The notes below the pieces were generated by a model. That model did not search any database, was not told the DNA's origin, and saw nothing but the letters and a program-made list of their open reading frames with translations. The translations under genes were made by a program, and so were the position numbers. This document shows positions 47,272 to 55,962 of a DNA stretch of 64,000 nucleotides, in pieces. Source of the stretch: Clostridia bacterium (lineage in GTDB: Bacteria; Bacillota; Clostridia; Oscillospirales; CAG-272); the NCBI GenBank assembly GCA_017937135.1, contig JAGBEE010000012.1, positions 11,250 to 75,249 on the forward strand. Reading direction: 5' to 3'. The stretch's first letter is position 1, and each line of letters opens with the position of its first letter.

Positions 47272-47638
47272 ATTGGGTGATACCTTAGCGAAGAATTTAC
47301 ACTTTAGTAAAAGTGACAGCATCGCATTAGATTGGTCAAATGCGAATATATGCTAAGCCCAAAATATTATAACAAGCAGAGAAAGAGAGAACAAATCGGT
47401 TTTATAAGCCGAAATGTTCTCTCTTTTTTCTGTTAGTGATGTTTTTGCTGACGCAAAAGTGATGTTATGCTTCACATAATGATGTTGCTCGCAAAAGCTC
47501 ACAATGATGTGATGCTTGCCAACTGTGCCGAAGACACAACATCATTCACAAAGTGAACATCACTGCCGTAGGCAACATCATTTGCCCGTGAGGGCAAGCA
47601 TCATTTAGCGTGAATGCTCCGTTAAGAGCATCACGCTA
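47272..47638 (-). repeat. Intergenic repeat R1, copy B (inverted relative to copy A)
   Basis: The reverse complement aligns to 16001-16388. It carries one extra hairpin unit (about 47437-47459) relative to copy A. Confidence 0.8.
47384..47430 (+). terminator. Intrinsic terminator embedded in R1 copy B (serves the lipoprotein gene)
   Basis: AGAGAGAACAAATCGG (47384-47399) pairs with CCGAAATGTTCTCTCT (47409-47424), followed by TTTTT. The equivalent hairpin in copy A (16190-16231) faces the minus strand. Confidence 0.55.
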
Positions 47639-47734
47639 TTTGGAGTCCTGTTTTTTTATTCATCATATATTCACAGGGGCGTAATTTAAAATATTAGAAA
47701 AATCAAAAACAAAGGAATTTTATATAGAATTTAC

Positions 47735-47763
47735 TTGACAACTTAAATGCATAAATGTATAAT
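47735..47763 (+). promoter_or_regulatory. Consensus sigma-A promoter of the aromatic amino-acid operon
   Basis: TTGACA (47735-47740), a 17-nt spacer, then TATAAT (47758-47763). Confidence 0.55.
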
Positions 47764-47843
47764 ATATATTAAATAAATATAAGATTTATTCATATTTTAT
47801 ATTAAATATGTTTTATATCATTGGCAAAGGAGGAATAGATAAA

Positions 47844-48935
47844 ATGAACGAGCTTGAAAAAGCAAGAAAAACAATAACTGAGGTTGATGCCGAAATGGCT
47901 AAGCTCTTTGAAAAAAGAATGAATGCAGCCAAGGTAATTGCTAACTATAAAAAAGAGTATGGCTTGCCAATACTTGATATTCAACGTGAAAATGAGCTTA
48001 TTAAGAAAAATAGCGAATGTATATCAGATGACACTCTTAAAGAGTATTATGTAGAGTTTTTAAAGGATACAATGTCTATTTCTCGCTCATATCAGTCAAG
48101 ATTAAATGAAGGAATGAGAGTTGCGTATAGTGGTGTTGAGGGTGCGTTTGCATATATCGCTTCAAAAAAGCTTTATCCAAATGCCAATTATATTGCATAT
48201 CCCGACTTTGAAGCTGCATATCGCGCAACCGAAAATGGTGAGTGCGATGTTAGCGTTTTACCGATAGAAAACAGCTACGCAGGCGATGTTGGTACAGTAA
48301 TGGACTTGCTCTTTTCTGGCACGCTTTATGTGAATAGAGTTCTCGACCTTGAGGTGAATCATTGCTTGCTTGCAAATGAGGGGGCAACGCTTGCTGATAT
48401 AAAAAGAGTTGTAAGCCACCCACAGGCGCTTGCACAATGCAAGGAGTATATAAGCAATCATTCATTTGAGGAGATTAGCTATAAAAATACTGCACTTGCT
48501 GCCAAAATGGTTAAGGAATCAGGCGACAAAACAATTGGAGCAATAGCTTCAGATGAAACTGCAAGCATTTTTGGTCTTAATATATTAGATTCTCACATAA
48601 ATTCAAGTCGTACAAATACGACAAAATTTGTTGCATTTTCTCGCTCACTTAATTTGTCTGAGCCCAGTAGCAGGAGAAAAATGAATGAGCATTTTATGCT
48701 TGTTTTCACAGTGAGAAACGAGGCAGGCGCACTTGCAAAAACAATTGATATCATTGGTGCGCATAGCTTCAATATGAGAAATCTTTGCTCACGTCCTATG
48801 AAGGAGCTTTTATGGAGCTATTATTTCTTTGTAGAGGCAGACGGAAATATAAACACGCAAAATGGACAGGATATGCTAAGAGAGCTTAGCGCTACTTGTG
48901 ATAAGCTTAAGCTTGTAGGAGCATATAAGTCATAA
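47844..48935 (+). CDS. pheA: Bifunctional chorismate mutase / prephenate dehydratase (P-protein) with ACT domain
   Basis: The N-terminal CM_2 helix bundle (LEKARKTITEVDAEMAKLFEKRM) is followed by a PDT domain (VAYSGVEGAFAY, ENSYAGDV) and ACT. Start at ATG 47844 has a GGAGG RBS; in-frame ATG 47808 is less likely. Confidence 0.9.
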   Translation: MNELEKARKTITEVDAEMAKLFEKRMNAAKVIANYKKEYGLPILDIQRENELIKKNSECISDDTLKEYYVEFLKDTMSISRSYQSRLNEGMRVAYSGVEGAFAYIASKKLYPNANYIAYPDFEAAYRATENGECDVSVLPIENSYAGDVGTVMDLLFSGTLYVNRVLDLEVNHCLLANEGATLADIKRVVSHPQALAQCKEYISNHSFEEISYKNTALAAKMVKESGDKTIGAIASDETASIFGLNILDSHINSSRTNTTKFVAFSRSLNLSEPSSRRKMNEHFMLVFTVRNEAGALAKTIDIIGAHSFNMRNLCSRPMKELLWSYYFFVEADGNINTQNGQDMLRELSATCDKLKLVGAYKS

Positions 48936-48953
48936 ATCGAAAAGGAGGTTACA

Positions 48954-49967
48954 ATGAAGCTATTTGTTGATTTACAGGAGCAGGGCTATGACATCGTTAT
49001 AGAAAGAGGAGCCCTCAACAATCTTGATTCATATCTTGATTTAAACAGAAAGGCTCTTATAGTAACAGACTCAGGAGTTCCCGAGGAATATTCAAAAAAG
49101 GTTCTTGAGCTTTGCAAGGATGGCTATATTGTAACTATTCCACAGGGCGAAAAAAGCAAGTCGTTTGATACATACAAAATGTTACTTGAATATATGGTTG
49201 AAAAATCATTTACAAGGACTGACTGTGTAGTAGCAGTTGGTGGAGGCGTTGTTGGAGATTTAAGTGGCTTTGTTGCTTCAAGCTATATGAGGGGCGTTGA
49301 TTTTTATAACATCCCCACAACTCTTTTGTCGCAGCTTGACTCCTCAATAGGTGGCAAGGTTGCAATTGATTTATTGGGAGTAAAGAATATTGTAGGCGCC
49401 TTTTATCAGCCAAAAAAGGTAATAATAGATTCAAATACATTAAAAACTCTTGATAAAAGACAAATTAGCGCAGGACTTGCCGAGGGCATAAAAATGAGCG
49501 CAACATTTGATAAGGAGCTTTTTGAATTTATAGAAAACAGCCAAAGCTTTGATGACGATATTGATATTATAATTGAAAAATCCTTAAGAATTAAAAAATA
49601 TGTAGTAGAAAACGACCCAAAGGAAAAGGGACTCAGAAGGGTTCTTAATTTTGGACACACAATAGGTCACGCAATAGAAAGCGATGAACAGCTTGGCAAT
49701 CTTTTACACGGTGAATGCGTAGCGCTTGGTATGCTACCACTTAGCTCTTTAGATGTAAGAGAAAGACTGAAAAGGGTTCTTGAAAAATACAATTTGCCAA
49801 CAAAAATAGACACCTCCTCTAAAAGACTTATGAGTTACATAATGCGAGATAAGAAGGCTAAGGGAGAAATGATAACCGTAATCTATGTTGAAAAGCTTGG
49901 CACGTTTGAGATGAAGGATATAAAAATAACAGAAATAAAGGACTATATTGACGGAGGTATTTTATAA
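48954..49967 (+). CDS. aroB: 3-dehydroquinate synthase
   Basis: 337 aa with the GGGVVGDLSGF nucleotide-binding motif and metal-binding His residues (GHTIGHAIE). Confidence 0.9.
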   Translation: MKLFVDLQEQGYDIVIERGALNNLDSYLDLNRKALIVTDSGVPEEYSKKVLELCKDGYIVTIPQGEKSKSFDTYKMLLEYMVEKSFTRTDCVVAVGGGVVGDLSGFVASSYMRGVDFYNIPTTLLSQLDSSIGGKVAIDLLGVKNIVGAFYQPKKVIIDSNTLKTLDKRQISAGLAEGIKMSATFDKELFEFIENSQSFDDDIDIIIEKSLRIKKYVVENDPKEKGLRRVLNFGHTIGHAIESDEQLGNLLHGECVALGMLPLSSLDVRERLKRVLEKYNLPTKIDTSSKRLMSYIMRDKKAKGEMITVIYVEKLGTFEMKDIKITEIKDYIDGGIL

Positions 49968-51061
49968 TGAAAAATACATTCGGACAAAGCATAAGCGTTA
50001 CAATTTTTGGTGAAAGTCACGGAATGGCAATAGGCGCAGTAATTGACGGAATGTGTCCGGGCATTGAAATTGATAACGAATATATAAGGGACGCCCTTAG
50101 CAAAAGACGTCCATCAACTATGGCAGACACTCAAAGGGCAGAAAAGGACAATTTTCAAATTTTGAGTGGAGTCTTTGAGGGTAAAACAACGGGTACTCCA
50201 ATTGCAATAGTAATTCCTAATGAGGATACAAGGAGCAAGGATTACTCAAAAATTAAGAGCGTAGCACGTCCTGCTCACGCGGATTACACTGCTGAGTGCA
50301 AATATCACGGCTATCAGGACTATCGTGGTGGAGGACATTTTTCAGGCAGAGTAACAGCTGCTATTGTTGCAGTGGGCGCTATTATGAACATGGCGCTTAA
50401 GGAGCTAAATATAAAAATAGGCACACACATCTTATCCTGTGGTGGCGTTTATGATAAGGAATTTAGCGACATAGAGAACGAAATAGATAAATTAAATGAA
50501 ATGTCCTTCCCAGTGCTTAGTGATTGCGAGGAGAAAATGATGGAAAAAATTCTCTTGGCAAAAAACGATAAGGATAGCGTAGGCGGAGTATTACAAACAG
50601 CTATTTACGGTATGCCAAGAGGAGTTGGTGAGCCTTGGTTCGATAGCGTAGAGAGCGTGCTTGCACATGCACTTTTCTCCGTTGGAGGAGTAAAGGGAAT
50701 AGAGTTTGGAAAGGGCTTTGAGCTCTCTAAAATGCGTGGAAGCCAAGCCAACGACGAAATGTATATCAGCGAAAATAAGATTTTGACCAAAACAAATAAC
50801 AATGGTGGAATAAATGGTGGAATTACAAATGGTATGCCAATTGTATTTAATACAGCAATAAAGCCAACGCCATCAATAGCACAGAAGCAACAAACAATAA
50901 ATTTTGAAACAAACGAAAATACCAATATAGAAATAGAGGGAAGACACGACCCTGCAATAGTAAGACGCGCTTGCCCCGTTGTAAATGCAATTAGCGCAAT
51001 TTGTATGTGCGATTTGCTTGCACAAAGATATGGTACTGACGTATTTAAAAAGGGTATATAA
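49967..51061 (+). CDS. aroC: Chorismate synthase
   Basis: 364 aa with FGESHG, GGGHFSGR and RHDP motifs. Start overlaps the aroB stop by 1 nt (TAATG). Confidence 0.93.
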   Translation: MKNTFGQSISVTIFGESHGMAIGAVIDGMCPGIEIDNEYIRDALSKRRPSTMADTQRAEKDNFQILSGVFEGKTTGTPIAIVIPNEDTRSKDYSKIKSVARPAHADYTAECKYHGYQDYRGGGHFSGRVTAAIVAVGAIMNMALKELNIKIGTHILSCGGVYDKEFSDIENEIDKLNEMSFPVLSDCEEKMMEKILLAKNDKDSVGGVLQTAIYGMPRGVGEPWFDSVESVLAHALFSVGGVKGIEFGKGFELSKMRGSQANDEMYISENKILTKTNNNGGINGGITNGMPIVFNTAIKPTPSIAQKQQTINFETNENTNIEIEGRHDPAIVRRACPVVNAISAICMCDLLAQRYGTDVFKKGI

Positions 51062-51063
51062 TA

Positions 51064-52302
51064 ATGAAATATGGACTGATTGGAGAGCATTTAAAGCATA
51101 GCTTCTCCAAGGTGATTCACGAGCAAATTGGCGACTACGTGTACGAAATTAAGGAAATTGAACCACAAAATGTCGAGAAATTTATAAAGGAAAGAGAATT
51201 TTTGGGCATCAATGTCACAATTCCTTATAAGGAGGTAGTAATACCTATGCTTGACTATGTTGACAGTAGCGCAAAAAAGATAGGCGCTGTCAACACAGTA
51301 GTTAACAGAAATGGCAAGCTATATGGCTATAATACCGATTATTCTGGTATGTATGCGCTTGTTAGTAGAATTGGCGCAGAAATAAAGGATAAAAAGGTAC
51401 TTATTATTGGCACAGGTGGAACATCAAAAACAGCGCGTGCAGTAGCTACCGATATGGGTGCTAAGGAAATTATATTTGTTTCTAACTCAGTGGTACAGGG
51501 CGCATATTCTTACGATGAAATATATCAAAATCACACGGATATAGATGTTATTTTCAACACGTCCCCCTGTGGAATGTATCCAAATAATCAAGGTATGCCA
51601 ATTGATTTGGAAAAGTTCCCTAACTTAACAGCAGTAGTTGATGTCGTATACAACCCTATAAGAACAAGGCTTGTATTAAAGGCTAAGAAATTAGGTTTAA
51701 AATCCGAGGGTGGCTTGTTTATGCTTGGCGCACAGGCAGTTTATGCCTACGAGCATTTTACAGGCAATAAGATAGATAGCACCCTGCCAGAAAAAATATA
51801 TAAAAATGTTTTAAGTGGTAAGGACAATATCGTTCTTATCGGTATGCCGGCTTCAGGAAAAAGCACTATTGGCAAGCTTTTAGCCGAAAAAACAGGCAAG
51901 GTATTTATTGATACAGACGAGGAAATAGTTAAAAAAGCAAATATGCAGATTTCTGACATTTTCAGCCAGTATGGTGAAGCGTATTTTCGTAAGCTTGAGG
52001 CGGAAATAGTTGAAGAAGTGTCTAAATTTAATGGATATGTTATAGCAACAGGTGGTGGCGCTATCTTAAATAGCAGTAGCGTTGATAGCCTAAAGCAAAA
52101 TGGCACGCTTTACTTTCTTGACCGTTCATTAGAGCTTCTTGCGCCAACGAGCGATAGACCACTATCAAGCAATTTAGATGCTATGAAAAAGCGATACGAG
52201 GAAAGATATCCAATTTATTGCTCGGCTTGCGATGTAAAAATAAATGGCGACTCAACACCAAATGAGGTAGCCAACGAAATTTATAAGGATTATAGTAAAT
52301 GA
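51064..52302 (+). CDS. Fused shikimate dehydrogenase / shikimate kinase
   Basis: The N-terminal 270 aa or so are AroE-like (GLIGEHLKHSFSKVIH, NVTIPYK, GTGGTSK). The C-terminal 150 aa or so are AroK-like with Walker A GMPASGKST and DTD. Confidence 0.88.
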   Translation: MKYGLIGEHLKHSFSKVIHEQIGDYVYEIKEIEPQNVEKFIKEREFLGINVTIPYKEVVIPMLDYVDSSAKKIGAVNTVVNRNGKLYGYNTDYSGMYALVSRIGAEIKDKKVLIIGTGGTSKTARAVATDMGAKEIIFVSNSVVQGAYSYDEIYQNHTDIDVIFNTSPCGMYPNNQGMPIDLEKFPNLTAVVDVVYNPIRTRLVLKAKKLGLKSEGGLFMLGAQAVYAYEHFTGNKIDSTLPEKIYKNVLSGKDNIVLIGMPASGKSTIGKLLAEKTGKVFIDTDEEIVKKANMQISDIFSQYGEAYFRKLEAEIVEEVSKFNGYVIATGGGAILNSSSVDSLKQNGTLYFLDRSLELLAPTSDRPLSSNLDAMKKRYEERYPIYCSACDVKINGDSTPNEVANEIYKDYSK

Positions 52303-52736
52303 AGATTTTAGTTTTAAACGGGCCAAATATCAATTTTCTCGGAATAAGAGAGCCCCATATATATGGCAAGAGCACATATAATGACCTTTTAAAGCTTATT
52401 AAGGAGCACGCACATAATAAAGGCGTTGATGTTTCCTTTTATCAATCTAATCACGAGGGTGATTTAGTTGACCAAATTCAAAAGGCATATTATGACAAAA
52501 TAGATGGAATAATCTTTAATCCTGCTGCTTACACGCACACAAGTGTAGCAATTTTAGATGCTGTAAAGGCAGTAAATATTCCAACAGTTGAGGTGCACAT
52601 TTCAGCAGTTGATAAAAGAGAGGATTTTAGACAAATAAGCTATATTAGCAAAATTGCAATAAAAACAATTAGCGGCAAGGGCTTTGACGGATATATAGAG
52701 GCATTAGATTATTTAAAAGAGTATTTGGAAAAATGA
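52299..52736 (+). CDS. aroQ: Type II 3-dehydroquinate dehydratase
   Basis: 145 aa with MKILVLNGPNINFLGIREPHIYG and NPAAYTHTS. Confidence 0.92.
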   Translation: MKILVLNGPNINFLGIREPHIYGKSTYNDLLKLIKEHAHNKGVDVSFYQSNHEGDLVDQIQKAYYDKIDGIIFNPAAYTHTSVAILDAVKAVNIPTVEVHISAVDKREDFRQISYISKIAIKTISGKGFDGYIEALDYLKEYLEK

Positions 52737-53938
52737 ATATAAAAATTGAAAAAAGTATAGCTCGGGGAGAAATAAACGCCCCACCCTCAAAGAGCTATGC
52801 TCACAGACTTTTGATAGCTTCATCTCTTGCAAGAGGACAGAATACGGTTTTAGGAGTTAGTGACAGCGTAGATATGCAAGCGACGCTTGAATGTCTTAGC
52901 GCACTCGGCATTGAATATTCAAAAAAAGCTGACAGAGTGTCGATAAATGGTGGTGCTTCTTATAAGGAAAGCGCAATCTTCAATTGTCATGAAAGTGGAA
53001 GCACACTCAGATTTTTTATACCGATAGCCTTAGTCATATGCAAGGAAGCAACCTTTATCGGTACACCAAGGCTTATGTCACGTGGTATCGAGATTTATGA
53101 GGAAATATTTAAAAAGCAAAATATAGAATACGAAAAAACAGAAACAACTCTAAAAATAAAAGGCTCACTCAAGGCTGATACGTTTTTTGTAAGAGGAGAT
53201 ATAAGCAGTCAGTTTATAACCGGACTCTTATTTGCCCTACCCTTGCTTGAAAAAGACAGCGTGATTAAGCTTACAACGCCACTTCAAAGCAGTAAGTATG
53301 TTGACGTTACAATAGATGTATTAAAACAGTTCGGCATTGAAATAGAGCAAAGGAAAAACGAAATATACGTTTCGGGCAACCAAAAATACAAGCCACAAAA
53401 TGTAATAGTAGAGGCAGATGCCTCAAACAGCGCATTTTTGGAGGCGTTTAATGTTTTAGGTGGAGACGTGTCGATAAAAGGGCTAAATAAAAATACCCTT
53501 CAACCCGACGGAATATATAAAAAGCTCTTTTTGGAGCTTAAAAACAAAACGCCAACAATTGATTTAAGCTCGTGTCCTGATTTAGGACCTATTACCTTCG
53601 CACTTTCAGCTTGCTTGAATGGTGCTGAGTTTATCGGCACTAAGCGTCTTAAAATCAAGGAGAGCGACAGATGCGAGGCTATGAAAGCCGAGCTTGAAAA
53701 ATTTGGAGTAAAGGTCGAAATAGGGGAAAATAGCGCCATAGTATATGGAGGCACCTTTAAAAAGCCAAATAGAACATTGGACGGTCATAATGATCACAGA
53801 ATAGTAATGGCACTCAGCGTAATAAGCACACTGTGTGGCGCTGAAATAGCAGGGTGCGAGGCAGTAAATAAAAGCTATCCCAATTTCTTTGATGACATAT
53901 CAAAGCTTGGCATAGCTTTAAAGAAAAGCGAGGTGTAG
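52733..53938 (+). CDS. aroA: 3-phosphoshikimate 1-carboxyvinyltransferase (EPSP synthase)
   Basis: 401 aa with PPSKSYAHR, GSTLRF and DHRIVMA motifs. Overlaps aroQ by 4 nt. Confidence 0.92.
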   Translation: MNIKIEKSIARGEINAPPSKSYAHRLLIASSLARGQNTVLGVSDSVDMQATLECLSALGIEYSKKADRVSINGGASYKESAIFNCHESGSTLRFFIPIALVICKEATFIGTPRLMSRGIEIYEEIFKKQNIEYEKTETTLKIKGSLKADTFFVRGDISSQFITGLLFALPLLEKDSVIKLTTPLQSSKYVDVTIDVLKQFGIEIEQRKNEIYVSGNQKYKPQNVIVEADASNSAFLEAFNVLGGDVSIKGLNKNTLQPDGIYKKLFLELKNKTPTIDLSSCPDLGPITFALSACLNGAEFIGTKRLKIKESDRCEAMKAELEKFGVKVEIGENSAIVYGGTFKKPNRTLDGHNDHRIVMALSVISTLCGAEIAGCEAVNKSYPNFFDDISKLGIALKKSEV

Positions 53939-53940
53939 GC

Positions 53941-54798
53941 GTGAAAATAATAAATGATGTAAAATTTTTAATAGTAGGACTCGGTCTTATCGGTGGTAGC
54001 TATGCACAGGCGCTTACAGACCTTGGCTATGAGGTTGGCGCAGTAACACGCTCACAATCCTCAATTGATTATGCAAAGGAGAATGGACTTATTGCCCACG
54101 GTACCACTGAAGTAACTAAGGAATACGTAGAGCAATTTGATATTATAATTTTTGCTCTTTATCCAAAGGTATTTGTTGAATGGCTACAAAAGTATCAGTC
54201 ATATATAAAGGACGGAGCTTTAATAACCGACGTAACAGGCGTAAAGGGTCCAATAGTTTATAAAATTCAAGAGCTATTAAGACCTGAGCTTGAATTTATC
54301 GGTGCTCACCCAATGGCAGGTAAAGAGGTTTATGGTGTTCAAAACGCCGACAAAACAATTTTTAGAAATGCAAACTATATCGTTACTCCAACAGAAAAGA
54401 ATACAAAGCAAGCAATTGAAGCGTGCGAGCAGCTTGGAAAAATCTTAGGCTTTAAGACAATAGCAAGACTAAGCCCCGAGGAGCACGATGAGATGATAGG
54501 CTTTTTGTCACAGCTCACTCACTGTATTGCAGTTTCACTAATGACCTGTAAGGAGTCTGAGAAGCTGGTTGACTACACAGGTGACTCGTTTAGAGACCTA
54601 ACACGTATTGCAAAAATAAATGAGGATATGTGGTGCGAGCTATTTTTGATGAATAAAAAAGAGCTTCTTAGCCAAATGGACTTGTTTATAGATAAATTTA
54701 AGGAGCTAAGAGATTCAATTCAAGACTCCGACACAGAAAAAATAAAAGAAATAATGAGGACTTCGACAAAACGCCGTAAGTACTTTGATAAAAAATAA
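53941..54798 (+). CDS. tyrA: Prephenate dehydrogenase
   Basis: 285 aa with a GTG start, Rossmann VGLGLIGGS and the HPMAG motif. Confidence 0.88.
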   Translation: MKIINDVKFLIVGLGLIGGSYAQALTDLGYEVGAVTRSQSSIDYAKENGLIAHGTTEVTKEYVEQFDIIIFALYPKVFVEWLQKYQSYIKDGALITDVTGVKGPIVYKIQELLRPELEFIGAHPMAGKEVYGVQNADKTIFRNANYIVTPTEKNTKQAIEACEQLGKILGFKTIARLSPEEHDEMIGFLSQLTHCIAVSLMTCKESEKLVDYTGDSFRDLTRIAKINEDMWCELFLMNKKELLSQMDLFIDKFKELRDSIQDSDTEKIKEIMRTSTKRRKYFDKK

Positions 54799-54815
54799 GA
54801 AAAGAGGCAAATACC

Positions 54816-55847
54816 ATGAACATGAACTTCAAAAGAAAACTACCCATTCCACAGGAAATTAAGGAAATGTATCCTATGACCTCTGAAATGCAAGCATTAA
54901 AGGAGGCTAATGATAAAGAGATAGCTAAGGCATTTACAGGCGAAACTGATAAATTTGTCCTTGTTATAGGTCCTTGCTCTGCAGACAGAGAGGATGCGGT
55001 GCTTGACTACATTTCAAGACTTAGAAGGGTACAAGAAAAGGTACAGGATAAAATTATCATTATTCCAAGAATTTACACAAACAAGCCAAGAACAACAGGC
55101 GACGGATACAAGGGAATGCTTCATCAGCCAAACCCAAATGAGAGCCCAGATATGCTAAAGGGACTTATAGCTATCCGAAAGCTTCATATGAAGGCTATTG
55201 AGGAAACAGGCTTCACATGTGCTGACGAAATGCTTTACCCATACAACTATAGATACTTAAATGACCTTCTTTCATACGTAGCAATAGGCGCTCGCTCGGT
55301 AGAGAATCAGGAGCACCGTTTAACAGCAAGTGGACTTGATATTCCTGTAGGAATGAAGAACCCAACAAGTGGAGACCTTTCAGTAATGATGAATTCAATT
55401 ACAGCAGGTCAGCACCAGCACACATTCATTTATCGTGGATGGGAGGTTGAAACAAAGGGTAATCCACTAACACACGCAATTTTAAGAGGATATGTAAATA
55501 GCCAAGGTCAATCCTTCTCGAATTATCACTACGAGGACCTTGTAAATCTTTGCGCACTCTACGCAAAGACGAATCTTGTAAATCCTGGCGTTATAGTTGA
55601 TACTAACCACGCAAACTCAGGCAAGAAGTGGGAGGAGCAAATAAGAATTGCAAAGGAAATCCTACACTCAACACGTCACAACGATGATGTTTGCAAGCTT
55701 GTTAAGGGACTTATGATAGAGTCCTACATTGAGGACGGCAACCAAAAGCCAGACGGATGCGTTTATGGTAAGTCAATTACTGACCCGTGCCTTGGCTGGG
55801 AAAAGACTGAAAGACTTATTCTTGATATTGCAGAGCTTAGAAAGTAA
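54816..55847 (+). CDS. 3-deoxy-7-phosphoheptulonate (DAHP) synthase, class I
   Basis: 343 aa with VIGPCS, KPRTT and GYKG(M)L motifs and IESYIEDGNQ near the C-terminus. Confidence 0.9.
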   Translation: MNMNFKRKLPIPQEIKEMYPMTSEMQALKEANDKEIAKAFTGETDKFVLVIGPCSADREDAVLDYISRLRRVQEKVQDKIIIIPRIYTNKPRTTGDGYKGMLHQPNPNESPDMLKGLIAIRKLHMKAIEETGFTCADEMLYPYNYRYLNDLLSYVAIGARSVENQEHRLTASGLDIPVGMKNPTSGDLSVMMNSITAGQHQHTFIYRGWEVETKGNPLTHAILRGYVNSQGQSFSNYHYEDLVNLCALYAKTNLVNPGVIVDTNHANSGKKWEEQIRIAKEILHSTRHNDDVCKLVKGLMIESYIEDGNQKPDGCVYGKSITDPCLGWEKTERLILDIAELRK

Positions 55848-55854
55848 TATAGAA

Positions 55855-55912
55855 AAACAGCCACTCTGGGGTGAACTAAATGGGATTCACTTCACCCTGT
55901 GGCTGTTTTTTC
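55855..55912 (+). terminator. Intrinsic terminator after the aromatic operon
   Basis: ACAGCCAC...GGGTGAA-loop-TTCACCC...GTGGCTGT is a long stem followed by TTTTTT, with an A-run on the 5' side. Confidence 0.65.
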
Positions 55913-55920
55913 ATTTTTTT

Positions 55921-55959
55921 AATAAAATAGCTCCCGAGCCTAATTAAGCTCAGGAGCTA
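55921..55959 (-). terminator. Intrinsic terminator after the heparinase-like operon
   Basis: On the minus strand, TAGCTCCTGAGC-TTAATTAG-GCTCGGGAGCTA is followed by TTTTATT. Confidence 0.6.
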
Positions 55960-55962
55960 ATT

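Noticed and set aside
47272-47300. The GGGTGATACC word in R1 (also on the minus strand near 16375-16386) resembles the T-box core GGGTGGTACC.
   Set aside because: It sits at the wrong end of the element relative to the terminator hairpin. The remaining T-box positions and Stem I features are missing. Copy A is not followed by any gene on that strand.
47540-47605. Repeated CATCAT/CATCAC (His-His codon pairs), three of them in frame at 18-nt spacing, could suggest a histidine attenuator leader peptide.
   Set aside because: The frame has no ATG. It is preceded by TGA at 47510-47512, the fourth pair is out of frame, and no his biosynthesis genes follow.
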